A DNA stretch of 64,000 nt from Treponema sp. (GCA_045617385.1 JAZLIM010000090.1:2845-66844); one strand, 5' to 3'. Shown: positions 8,340 to 18,284, numbered from the stretch's first letter. Made by a program: numbers and translations. Notes: generated by a model not told the origin, from the letters alone.

Positions 8340-11269
8340 TTATTTTTCAACCTTAAATGTAATTTCCTTATTGAAAGGAATATTCAAGCCTTCATAAACT
8401 GCCATTACGTAAACAGTGTTCTTGAAGTAATCAATATTGAATTTACGTGAAGTAAATCCTTCTTCGGAAGAAGTTACGGCAGTAAAGTCTGCATCTCCTG
8501 ACTGTTTCCAGTAAATCTTCCATTTCTTTAAATCATCTCCGGAATTTTCGAATGGAAGTGTAACAGTAACGGTGTATGCATTCTTTGCATCTTTCACATA
8601 AGAAAGCACAATATCTTTTTCGGCACTGTCGATAATGTTGCTTCCTCCGTTATTTGTGGCTTCTGTAGAATCAATTTCCTGCCACTTTGCAAAATACTTC
8701 ATGTTTTCAGATGGGAATGTCTTTATAGAAGAAACATCTACTAAAGTTCCTTCTTTTGTTTCCCATCCAACAAATTTCATAAGACTTTCTTTTGCAATCC
8801 ACTTAACGTCATTAAGGTCGGAAGGAAGAACAACAGGAGCTCCGTATTTTCCCTTCACTTCGCGGTCAAGTTTGTCATCAAATTCATCGCCGTTCGGCCA
8901 TTCTGCATTGTCTGCATTGTCACGGTTAGCAACAAATTCAAGTTCAATTTCTTTGCGGTCGAGCTTGATTTCAACGATGTTCTTTGAAACATCTTCCTGT
9001 ACGATGATATCGTGTTCACTGTTTGTGTTGTTCAATCTGAAACCGTGGAATCTTCCGCCAGCTTCAAAGTCTGCTGTGTGAACAGAAACACGTGTTCTGA
9101 AGCCTGGAAGTTCCTGACCGGAAGTATCATCAGGGAATGCAGGATCCTGTACATAAACACGGTTGTCTCTAGGACAATCAAGAGTTTCAAAAAGATATCT
9201 TACTGTGTACTGAACAGTCATTGATTTTGTAACAGCGGTATATTTCTGAACAGCGTCATCTGTAACAACCCCTGTAAAGTCCGGTGACCAGTAATCAAAT
9301 ACATCTCTCTTATCTTTTGAGTGGAAATCAGTACGGACAGCATTGATCAATGTTCCATACTTGAGGTTCTTTAATGTACGAGGACTAACGTCTTCTTTAA
9401 AGTCGTTATTCTGTCCGTTCCAGGTTCCCTCTGAGTTCCAGATAAGGCCGTTAGGGTCAAATGTTACATCATAACGTTTTCTGTTCAGATAAACTCTTAC
9501 AACTGTAGAATCGTCTTCATTAATTCCTGAAATTGTAATAGAAGATTTGTCGGCTGCAACCGTAAGGCCGGTTTCATCATTACCTTTCTTTCCGATATAA
9601 GCTTTACTGAATTCAAAGCCTTTGTGATTTTTAACAGCAAAAGAAACAGAGCCCGGGAAATCACCAACTTTAGTATCGGAGTCATCTCTGCTCATTGTGT
9701 ATTCTGAATCTGAAACGTTTTCAAGATAATACTCAACACCATAGATTGCACCGGTACGTCTGTAAACAGCTTCGTAGCGGATGTTCTTTGCAGGGAATGT
9801 TGGAGTGTCCGGTAAATAACCGTGAACCGACTGCCATCCTGTAAAGTCATGATGTTCTTTTACAGGTGAAGGAGGCAGACTTAAAATAGGATCAAGATAT
9901 TTTCCAGTGATTTTTACAATCTGTTCGCCACGGTTAAAGCTACCGCCGTTTGCATTCATTGTAACTGTAACTGAAGCACGATTGTACTTGATTTCAACAA
10001 CAGTAGAACTGTCAATATTTACATTCTGCTGTTCAAAAGGAAGTGCATAGTATCCTGGAATTCCGTCATAAGCCTTTGCCTTTGTTATAATTTCGGAACC
10101 GGCAGAATACTTTTCATCAGGATACCTTGCATCCGGTGCATAAGTTCCGTCAACCTGTTCAAAGACATGTTTGATTGTATATTCCGGAAGACCTTTGTCC
10201 CAGACTGCAAAGTATTCGTTGTTTTCTGTAAATCTCAAAGATGGTTTTCCACCAACTTCATTCCAGCCTTCAAAGTTCCAGATATCGCCATGAACTTCTT
10301 CACCATTGTTGTTGATGTAATTTCTTTCGTCACGAACACATTCAATCAAACTATTGTAATTAAAATCAGATTCATACTTTCCATAGAAGTGACGTACAGC
10401 CCTTTCATGTGGATAAGTCAGAGGATCTGTATATTTCCAATTTGCATAAGCGGCATTAAGATCAAACTTAAAGGTAAAGATATCTCTGTTGTGGAAAATT
10501 TCAAGAACAGCAGAAGGTTCATCAATACCATTAATTGTTACCTGATCATAAGGGTCTGCTGTAAAGCCATATCTTGAGATTGCTCTATAGTCTGATTTCT
10601 GACCCGGAACACCGGAAGCGGCATTCATGGCAACAAGGGAATATTTTTCTTCTTTTGATGCACCTTCAGAATAATTAAGGTTTTCTTCATAAACCTTTAC
10701 GATGTAGTTTGAATTAACTTCGTCCCAGACAGAATAATAAGTGTGGTCTTCTGCCGGATAAGTTTCAGGGATTCGTACAGCTTTTACAGGAGTTACACTA
10801 AGGTCTTCTGTCCATCCTGCAAATTTTGCATCAACCTTTTTAATCTCAGTAATATCGATTAATGGAAGACGCTCACCATATTTTCCTTTAAGCTCGTGAA
10901 CATTTTCTGTAAGATCCCACTCTCCTCCGTTTGGATTGAAAGTAAGAGTTACACGTTTACGGGTATATCTGATTGTAAGGACATGATTTTCATAGACCTT
11001 ATTTTCAGGTTTAAGCTCGAAACCTTCAGGAATAGTTTCCTGAAACAAATGAGGATCTGTATCCAATGTGATTCTTTGGGTAAGTAAAGGATCAAACTGA
11101 TCATTTTCCAAAGACTCGTACTCTTCAACTACAGTGTAGTTTTTTTCAACGGAGCCGGCCTTTTTGAAATCCTCAATCATGTGGGAACAGCCTGCAAAAA
11201 GCAGAGGAATTCCAATCAGAATAACACTATATATATATATATAGTTGTTTTTGGAAGTTTTTTATTCAT
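8340..11269 (-). CDS. Surface lipoprotein with MucBP-like/InlB-B repeats; frameshifted in the signal peptide by a (TA)8 tract (975 aa when restored)
   Basis: The track ORF (8340-11180) lacks a signal peptide. GGAGG RBS and ATG at 11269 give MNKKLPKTT in a frame that stops at 11216-11218. The ORF frame continues upstream as SVILIGIPLLFAG-C-SH. Removing one TA unit joins the two. Confidence 0.85.
11228..11243. repeat. (TA)8 dinucleotide microsatellite in a signal-peptide coding region
   Basis: Directly read: ...aacac tatatatatatatata gttg... Confidence 0.95.
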
Positions 11270-11378
11270 ATTACACCTCCAATAAAAAATTTCAGGGCTT
11301 TTTCTTTTTGCCCCTTAATTCTTTATTTTGCCTCCTTTAGTATGTCCGCCAAGGGCAGACTGATACCTTATAAAGAGG

Positions 11379-11408
11379 ATTATATACCCTTCTCTCCATT
11401 TTCTCCAA
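11379..11408 (-). promoter_or_regulatory. Putative sigma70 promoter of the lipoprotein operon
   Basis: Minus strand TTGGAG-N18-TATAAT about 110 nt upstream of ATG 11269. Confidence 0.35.
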
Positions 11409-11515
11409 TAGTTTAGTTAAAATTTTTTCTTGATATTTCCATTTTCTCTTATTTTTTTAGATATTTGTTATATTTTTCGAAAGTTAAAAGGGCCCTGCGA
11501 CAAATTCCGGTACCT

Positions 11516-11549
11516 AAAAAAAAGGCAGCATCCGGTATGAGATGCTGCC
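11516..11549 (-). terminator. Rho-independent terminator of the urt/hydrolase operon
   Basis: Perfect 9-bp stem GGCAGCATC/GATGCTGCC followed by 8 U on the minus strand. Confidence 0.85.
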
Positions 11550-11573
11550 AAATGAGGTTTATATAAAACTTTT

Positions 11574-12806
11574 TTAAATCCTGTCCAGTTCAAGCACAGT
11601 GTTCAAAAGAACGTTTGCACCTTTCCAGCACCATTCAACAGGAGAATATTCCAGTTCACAATGGCTGTGTCCGCCTTTACTTGGAACAAAGATCATGGTA
11701 GTCGGAACAATTTCACTGAAGTACTGGGAATCGTGCCCTGCTCCTGAATACATTCTGTGACTTGAATATCCAAGTTTGTCACTTGCTTTCTGAACTGCGT
11801 CAACAATATCGGCATTGAATAAAACAGTTTCACGTGTCCAGGCCGGTTCATAACTCATAGTACAGTTAGCCCATTCCTTTGGCATGTTTCTGATTATTTC
11901 AACACATTTTGAAATAACTTCAGGATCTGCGTGTCTTACATCAAGAGTGAACTTTACTTCATCAGGAATGATTGTATGGATATCAGGATGACAGCTGATT
12001 TTTCCTGTTGTGTAAACAAGGTCTTTGTCACCAAGTTTATCGAATTCCTGGTGCAGGTAAATCAAAGCCTGACTTGCAGCATAGAGAGCGTCTTTTCTGT
12101 AAGGCATTGGGAAAGTTCCTGCATGATCTGACTGCCCGTGAAAGGTAAACTCATAATTGATCATACCTACAACACCTTTTACAACTCCAATATCAAATCC
12201 GCCTTCTTCAAGAACAGGGCCCTGTTCAATATGAAGTTCAACAAGAGCTGCTGTTTTTTCAGGATCTATTCTGTTAGCAATATCGCCTTCGAAACCCGAC
12301 TCTTTAAGAGCCTGACCGAATGTTTTACCAGATCCGTCTTTTGCAACGCTGTTGAACATAGCAGTCTTATCAAATTTACCGGTAATGATTCCTGAACACA
12401 TCATGGCAGGTTCATAAAGGGCACCTTCCTCATTTGTCCAGACTGTCATTGTAATAGGATGCTTATGAGGAATTTTCTGAGTCACAATAGTTTCTACCAT
12501 TTCCATGGCTGTAAGTACTCCAAGAATTCCGTCATAGTTTCCACCCTGACGAACAGAGTCACAGTGACTTCCGCTGTAAATGGCACCAGCATCAGGATCA
12601 GTGCCCGGGAGCGTACAGTAGATATCACCAAGGTCATCTGTTTTGATTTCAAGACCAAGTTTTTTCATACGTGAAATAACTTCATTTCTGGCCTGGATTG
12701 CTGCCGGAGAAAGACTGAATCTTGTAATTCCGCCTTTCCCAGTGTCACCAAACTTTGAGAAAGTTGTGATTTTTTCTTCCATCCTCTTAATATCACATTC
12801 GAACAT
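11574..12806 (-). CDS. Zn-dependent M20 amidohydrolase (N-carbamoyl-amino acid hydrolase / beta-ureidopropionase / allantoate amidohydrolase family)
   Basis: Motifs GSHCDS, GGNYDGILGV, WTNEEG, ELHIEQGP, HAGT, SGAGHD, GGHSH. Confidence 0.9.
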   Translation of the reverse strand: MFECDIKRMEEKITTFSKFGDTGKGGITRFSLSPAAIQARNEVISRMKKLGLEIKTDDLGDIYCTLPGTDPDAGAIYSGSHCDSVRQGGNYDGILGVLTAMEMVETIVTQKIPHKHPITMTVWTNEEGALYEPAMMCSGIITGKFDKTAMFNSVAKDGSGKTFGQALKESGFEGDIANRIDPEKTAALVELHIEQGPVLEEGGFDIGVVKGVVGMINYEFTFHGQSDHAGTFPMPYRKDALYAASQALIYLHQEFDKLGDKDLVYTTGKISCHPDIHTIIPDEVKFTLDVRHADPEVISKCVEIIRNMPKEWANCTMSYEPAWTRETVLFNADIVDAVQKASDKLGYSSHRMYSGAGHDSQYFSEIVPTTMIFVPSKGGHSHCELEYSPVEWCWKGANVLLNTVLELDRI

Positions 12807-12817
12807 AGTCTGCCGCC

Positions 12818-13477
12818 TTACAATCTGTCTTTAAATGTATCAATGAAATCTTCACCGAATTTAATTTTCATCATATCGATGATTACATCAGCACATTTTT
12901 CACGTCCGATTCTTGCACTGTTCAATGTAAGGTCGTAATTTACAGGATTAGTCCAGTAATTACCGCCTGAATAAAACTTGTAATAATCGGCACGGTACTT
13001 GTCTGTTCTGGCAATCATAAGATGAGCTTCCTTTTCTTCACATCCTGTTTTTGCCATAATTGATTTAACACAGGCCCAGCGTGGAGCTTCAATATAGAAA
13101 CTTCCTACGTTGTCAAAATCTTTAAGGATGTGGTCTGCACATTTTCCAATTACGATACAGCTTACATTTTTGGCAAGTTCCTTAATGATTTCTGACTGAA
13201 TACAGAACAGGTTGATGTCACTTTCGAATCTCTTGCTCTGTGGAGTTACTGCTTTTGGGAATGTAAATTTATTCAGAGCGTTTGTAACTGTACTTCCCCT
13301 GAGTTTTTCATCAACACGCAGGAACATTTCTTCACTCAGCCCTGAATAGCTTGATGCCATTTCAAGAATCTGTTTTTCATATACAGGGATTCCAAGTTTC
13401 TCCCCTATTTTCTGTGCTATTTCTTTTCCGCCCGAACCAAATCCTCGGGCAATTGTTATTACATAATTTTTTGCCAT
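12818..13477 (-). CDS. Cytidylate kinase-like family protein
   Basis: VITIARGFGSGG P-loop variant, CIVIGKCADHIL, YDLTLNS. Start moved to ATG 13477, which has a GGAG RBS. Confidence 0.8.
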   Translation of the reverse strand: MAKNYVITIARGFGSGGKEIAQKIGEKLGIPVYEKQILEMASSYSGLSEEMFLRVDEKLRGSTVTNALNKFTFPKAVTPQSKRFESDINLFCIQSEIIKELAKNVSCIVIGKCADHILKDFDNVGSFYIEAPRWACVKSIMAKTGCEEKEAHLMIARTDKYRADYYKFYSGGNYWTNPVNYDLTLNSARIGREKCADVIIDMMKIKFGEDFIDTFKDRL

Positions 13478-13492
13478 AATCAACTTCTCCAA

Positions 13493-14191
13493 TTAAACTG
13501 AAATGTACTTTGCAGATACTTCATCTGTAAGTTCATCAATTGTTCCTTCTTTTACACTCTGTCCTTTCTGAATGATCATAAAGTGATCACCAATTCTTCT
13601 GGCAAAATGAAGGTTCTGTTCAACAATAAGAAGCGGAATATTCTTTGCTTTCTGATAACGCTTAAGAATATCTGCAATTCCCATAACGATATTAGGCTGA
13701 ATACCTTCAGTCGGTTCATCAAGAATAAGGAGTTTCGGGTCGCTCATCAGTGCCCTTGCAATTGCAAGCTGCTGCTGCTGACCGCCAGAAAGAACGCCGC
13801 CTTTTCTTTTTAAATGAACTACAAGGTCCGGAAGGTATGTTAATACTTCTTCCATCTTTTTTTCGAAATCAACTTTTTTGTGGGCAACACAACCAAGCTG
13901 AAGGTTTTCCTTAACAGTGAGCATCGGAATGATTTCACGTCCCTGCGGAACATAGGCAATTCCATTCTGGCTTCTTTCGTAGGCTTTAGCTTTTGTAAGG
14001 TCCTTATCATTAAAGGTAATTGAACCTGAATCCATTGGAAGAAGCCCGATAATACTTTTCATAAAAGTTGTTTTTCCAACTCCGTTACGGCCAAGAATAA
14101 GATATGTATCAGGCTTATCGATTTTTAAAGAAATTCCGTTTACAACACGGCTTTTTCCATAGCTTACACATGCATCCTTTACTTCAAGCAT
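13493..14191 (-). CDS. urtE: Urea/short-chain amide ABC transporter ATP-binding subunit (UrtE-like)
   Basis: GRNGVGKT, YVPQGREI, LSGGQQQQLAIARAL, DEPTEGIQP. Confidence 0.85.
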   Translation of the reverse strand: MLEVKDACVSYGKSRVVNGISLKIDKPDTYLILGRNGVGKTTFMKSIIGLLPMDSGSITFNDKDLTKAKAYERSQNGIAYVPQGREIIPMLTVKENLQLGCVAHKKVDFEKKMEEVLTYLPDLVVHLKRKGGVLSGGQQQQLAIARALMSDPKLLILDEPTEGIQPNIVMGIADILKRYQKAKNIPLLIVEQNLHFARRIGDHFMIIQKGQSVKEGTIDELTDEVSAKYISV

Positions 14192-15018
14192 TACTTCACC
14201 TCCGTAACAGATTCAACAAGTTTCTGTTTCATTTCACTTACAATCTTTTCTTCTGCTGTCGGTTCTTTAGGTTCAAACTCGTCATCAGTCTTAAGGTAAA
14301 CTTTGATAACTTCAGGATTGTTTGTAATTTCTTCGTATGAACCTTCTGCAAGAATTTCACCGTGATTAAGAACTGTTACTTTCTTGGCAATCTGTTTAAC
14401 GAAATCAATATCGTGTTCGATTACAAGAATTGTTTTTCCTTTCATTACAGTCTTGATCATTTCTCCGGTTTTATAAGTTTCATCTGCTGTCATACCGGAA
14501 GTAGGTTCATCAAGAAGAATTACTTTCGGGTCCTGGGCAAGAACCATTCCCATTTCAAGCCACTGACGCTGTCCGTGAGAAAGTGAAGAAGAAATCATAT
14601 CCTTATATTCATAAAGATTGATCTGCTTAAGAATGCCTTCAATTTTTTCAACAATTTCAGGTGTTCTTCTGTAGGTAAAAGTCTTAACCAGAGAACTGTA
14701 ACCGCGGAGGGCAACTTCAACATTTTCAAAAACTGTCATATTTGCAAAAATGTTTGGTCCCTGGAATTTACGCCCAATTTTGTACACTTCTGAAATCTTG
14801 TAAGGTGCGACACCTGTAATTTCTTTTCCGTTCAGGAAAATCTTACCTTCTGTAGGTTTTGTTTTTCCTGTAATCATATCCATAATTGTAGTTTTACCAG
14901 CACCGTTAGGTCCAATCAGAACGCGGAGTTCCCCTTCATCGATTTTCAGATTAACCTGATTTACTGCACGGAATCCGGAGAAAACAACTGATATGTCTCT
15001 GAGTTCAAGGTATGCCAT
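14191..15018 (-). CDS. urtD: Urea/amide ABC transporter ATP-binding subunit (UrtD-like)
   Basis: IGPNGAGKTT, IGRKFQ, LSHGQRQWLEMGM. Start MAYLEL with GGAGG RBS. Confidence 0.85.
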   Translation of the reverse strand: MAYLELRDISVVFSGFRAVNQVNLKIDEGELRVLIGPNGAGKTTIMDMITGKTKPTEGKIFLNGKEITGVAPYKISEVYKIGRKFQGPNIFANMTVFENVEVALRGYSSLVKTFTYRRTPEIVEKIEGILKQINLYEYKDMISSSLSHGQRQWLEMGMVLAQDPKVILLDEPTSGMTADETYKTGEMIKTVMKGKTILVIEHDIDFVKQIAKKVTVLNHGEILAEGSYEEITNNPEVIKVYLKTDDEFEPKEPTAEEKIVSEMKQKLVESVTEVK

Positions 15019-15019
15019 A

Positions 15020-16138
15020 TTATTCCTCCTTTCCCTGTTCTGCCTTTGCAGCAGCAATTACTTTTGCAATTCTTTTGTTGTACTGAATATCCTGAAGTGT
15101 TCCAATTATTCCCTTTGGAAGGAAGTAAACGATTACGATCAATACAACACCAAGTACAAACTGCCACATATTTCCAAAGTATTCAGACAAAGTTGACTGA
15201 AGGAAACTTACTAAAAGTGCACCTACCATAGAGCCGGTCAGGTTTCCGCGACCACCAACTGCAAGCCATACAAGAATCATTGTAGAAAAGCTTACACCGG
15301 CAGCTTCAATTGAAATGAATGAAGTCATTGGAAGGTAAACCATTCCAGCAAATCCTGCAAAGAATGCTGAGATACTGAAGATTGCAATCTTGAATACTGC
15401 AGGGTTATATCCCAGGAACTGAACTCTGGCTTCATTATCTCTTACAGACTTAATTACTGAACCGAAACGTGATTTTGTAAGAAGACGGCACAGAACGTAA
15501 ACGATTATAAGTCCAATAAATCCGATGTAATACCATCCGGTAATTCCGATTGGTTTTCCAAAGAAAGTAATTTTATCAAGACCAGAACCGATTCCGTTGA
15601 TTCCCGAAGAACCGCCTGTGTAAACCTGCTTTGTTGCAAGAAGAAGTTCAAACAATGCAGCAAGAGCAAGAGTAATAAGGTTGTAGAATACACCTTTGAT
15701 CTTACTGTAGAAAATGAAGAGCCCAAGAATAAATGCAACTACTGCAGGAACCAGAAGCCCCATAAGAACTGCAAAAGGAATATTCAGTAAAGGCTTGTAA
15801 AGAAGCGGAATCTGAGTAAGACCACCGAATTCCATAAAAGCCGGAAGTCCTGTCTGACAGCTTAAGCTTATACCAAGTACATATCCGCCAAGACCAAAAA
15901 ACAGGGCAAACCCCAGGTTCATAAGTCCTGCATAACCCCAGAGGATATCCAGAGCCAGGGCAAAGATCATGTAAGAAATGAACTTACCGAACAAAAGCTG
16001 GTTATATAAAGAGGTAAACATAGGGATTACAAGAAGCAGAAGAAATACTCCGTATGCAATCCACTTTTCTACTGTTATACCTTTGATTCCTGAAAGTCCA
16101 GGAGTCTTTAATTTTTCAAATCTGTTTTCAAAAGTCAT
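15020..16138 (-). CDS. urtC: Urea/amide ABC transporter permease (UrtC-like)
   Basis: ALALDILWGYAG, VRDNEARVQFLGY, WLAVGGRGNL; multiple TM segments. Confidence 0.85.
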   Translation of the reverse strand: MTFENRFEKLKTPGLSGIKGITVEKWIAYGVFLLLLVIPMFTSLYNQLLFGKFISYMIFALALDILWGYAGLMNLGFALFFGLGGYVLGISLSCQTGLPAFMEFGGLTQIPLLYKPLLNIPFAVLMGLLVPAVVAFILGLFIFYSKIKGVFYNLITLALAALFELLLATKQVYTGGSSGINGIGSGLDKITFFGKPIGITGWYYIGFIGLIIVYVLCRLLTKSRFGSVIKSVRDNEARVQFLGYNPAVFKIAIFSISAFFAGFAGMVYLPMTSFISIEAAGVSFSTMILVWLAVGGRGNLTGSMVGALLVSFLQSTLSEYFGNMWQFVLGVVLIVIVYFLPKGIIGTLQDIQYNKRIAKVIAAAKAEQGKEE

Positions 16139-16152
16139 GCATTACCTCCTGC

Positions 16153-17016
16153 CTATCTCTTTTCCTTTGAAGCGAACAGACCGTTCGGTCTGAAACGTAC
16201 AACAACGATGATTACAACAAAGATCAGAAGTTTTGAAACAATCTGACTCATGTAACCGGACATGATAGTAATGGATTCATTGATTACGAATGAACTTGCA
16301 AAAGAACCGATAATTGAATTCAATCCGCCAAGGATTACAACAAGGAATCCGTCAACATTGAATGCCGGTCCCATTCCAGGGAAGACACTCTTGATTGGTG
16401 CAATAAGGGCTCCTGAAAAACCTGCAAGAGCAGCACCGTAGGCAAAAGTAAACATATTGATTTTTGATACATTTACACCAAGACACTGTGTCATGTCTCT
16501 ATTCTGGTTGATGGCACGGAGCTGCATACCGAAAGTTGTCTTGAAAAACAGAAGAAGAGTTATTCCAAGAACAGCCAGTGCAAGACCGATAAGGACCAGG
16601 TTGTAATAAGGAACCGAAACAGACCCCATAACAAGCTGACCTTTAACAGGAACTTCCATAGTCTGGTTTTCAGGACCAAAAATCATACGTACAAGTTGCT
16701 GGAGAATATACTCCAGGGCAAAAGTAACAAGTAAAGTTTCAGCAACCTTACCGTAAAGTTTTTTTATTAAAAGCCGTTCAATAATAATTCCGACTCCTCC
16801 GGCTATAAGGGCAGCAAGGATTGCAGCAATTGCAAACGGAATATGAAGAACGTTTACTGAAATACAGGCAACATAAGCACCTATCATTATGAATTCACCA
16901 TGGGCGTTGTTTACAACATCCATCATACCAAAGATGATTACAAGCCCGATTGATGTCAGAAAAAGAACTGATGAGTTGCTGATTCCGTTCAATAACTGTT
17001 GAATAAAAAGACTCAT
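16153..17016 (-). CDS. urtB: Urea/amide ABC transporter permease (UrtB/LivH-like)
   Basis: GLVIIFGMMDVVNNAHGEFIMIGAY; position in urtABCDE order. Confidence 0.8.
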   Translation of the reverse strand: MSLFIQQLLNGISNSSVLFLTSIGLVIIFGMMDVVNNAHGEFIMIGAYVACISVNVLHIPFAIAAILAALIAGGVGIIIERLLIKKLYGKVAETLLVTFALEYILQQLVRMIFGPENQTMEVPVKGQLVMGSVSVPYYNLVLIGLALAVLGITLLLFFKTTFGMQLRAINQNRDMTQCLGVNVSKINMFTFAYGAALAGFSGALIAPIKSVFPGMGPAFNVDGFLVVILGGLNSIIGSFASSFVINESITIMSGYMSQIVSKLLIFVVIIVVVRFRPNGLFASKEKR

Positions 17017-17046
17017 CTATAAACCTCATTAAATTAAGATTAAACC

Positions 17047-17077
17047 TGCAGCAGTTTGAATATTTCAGGCTGCTGCA
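17047..17077 (-). promoter_or_regulatory. Intercistronic stem-loop after the binding-protein gene
   Basis: TGCAGCAG...CTGCTGCA inverted repeat between urtA and urtB; typical of mRNA-stabilising hairpins after SBP genes. Confidence 0.55.
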
Positions 17078-17101
17078 AGTTCCGATTTTTTTTCAGATTA
17101 A

Positions 17102-18268
17102 TTAGTTAGGTATTGGAGCAACAAGTCCGTCGCTTGAAGCAACAACCTTGTAAGTAAGGTCTTCCTGAACCTGACCAATGTAAGTGTTCAGCCAGCAGTG
17201 GTGGTTTTCTTTATCCATCTTGAGTTTTCCTGCAGGTGAATCGAATTCCATGCCAGATGCTGCTTCAATAATATCCTGTGTTGAAAGTGACTTAGCGTTT
17301 TCGATAGCTTTTGCCAGCATGTAAACACCGTGGTAAGCACCTTCTGCCAGGTTTGTAATTGTTGTGTTTGCACCATAAAGACTTGTGTACTTTTCAATGA
17401 AGGCCTTGTTTTCAGGTGTTTCAATAGAGTTGAAGTAATCGAATGATGCGTAACATCCAACAGCACTTGCACCTACAGATTTGATTGCAGCTTCGTGTGA
17501 AGCAATACCACAGATAGGTGTTACTTTTGGATCCATACCGTACTGTGAATAATCTTTGTAGAATGGAACAGCCGAGTTACCTGCAACAGCACTGAATACT
17601 ACATCACATCCTGAAGCCTTGATTCTGTTTACGATTGAAGAAAAATCTGTTTCTCCGTTAGGAGCATAATCTTCACCTACAATTTCACCGCCGGCCGAAG
17701 CAATGTATTCTTTTGCAAATGCAATTGACTTGCGTGGGAATTCATAATCTGAACCAACTATGTAAACTTTTTTACCAAGGTTTTCGATCATCCAAGGCAT
17801 GAATGATGCAACCTGCTGGTTTGGACATGTGTTTGTATACAGAAGATTCTTTGAAGGCTTTTCACCTTCGTAGTATGTATTGTAAACAAGAAGTCCGTTG
17901 TATTTTTCAATTGTAGGAATAACAGCAAGACGAGTGTTTGAAGCGTTTGTTCCGATGATTGCTGTAACCTTGTCTTTAAGCATCATCTGCTGTGCTTTTT
18001 CTGCAGCCATTGAAGGATCTGAACCATAGTCAACATACAGAGGTTCAATTTTCATTCCCTTAATTCCACCGGCAGCATTGATTTCATCAATAGCCATTTT
18101 TGCAGCATTATGCATAGGTGTTTCAGAAAGACTGAAGTTTCCTGTTGTACTGTAAAGAATACCAATCTTGATACTCTTTTCAGATGACTTCTTAGAACAT
18201 CCTGTAAGTCCTGCCACCAGTAAAACAGAAGCAAGCAATGCTGCTGCTTTTCCAATTACTCTTTTCAT
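17102..18268 (-). CDS. urtA: Urea/amide ABC substrate-binding lipoprotein (UrtA/AmiC family)
   Basis: Lipobox LTG-C; IKIGILYSTTG, YYEG, PNQQ, VGSDYEFPR. Start MKRVIG with GGAGG RBS. Confidence 0.8.
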   Translation of the reverse strand: MKRVIGKAAALLASVLLVAGLTGCSKKSSEKSIKIGILYSTTGNFSLSETPMHNAAKMAIDEINAAGGIKGMKIEPLYVDYGSDPSMAAEKAQQMMLKDKVTAIIGTNASNTRLAVIPTIEKYNGLLVYNTYYEGEKPSKNLLYTNTCPNQQVASFMPWMIENLGKKVYIVGSDYEFPRKSIAFAKEYIASAGGEIVGEDYAPNGETDFSSIVNRIKASGCDVVFSAVAGNSAVPFYKDYSQYGMDPKVTPICGIASHEAAIKSVGASAVGCYASFDYFNSIETPENKAFIEKYTSLYGANTTITNLAEGAYHGVYMLAKAIENAKSLSTQDIIEAASGMEFDSPAGKLKMDKENHHCWLNTYIGQVQEDLTYKVVASSDGLVAPIPN

Positions 18269-18284
18269 TTTGTACCTCCAAAAC

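Noticed and set aside
8340-11180. Track start MIEDF as the true start
   Set aside because: It has no RBS or signal peptide; a lipobox lies just upstream in frame and the RBS/ATG is at 11269.
11281-11370. Riboswitch or leader peptide before the adhesin operon (spare AAGGAGG and small hairpins)
   Set aside because: No start codon follows the spare RBS, and no c-di-GMP or other aptamer consensus was recognisable.
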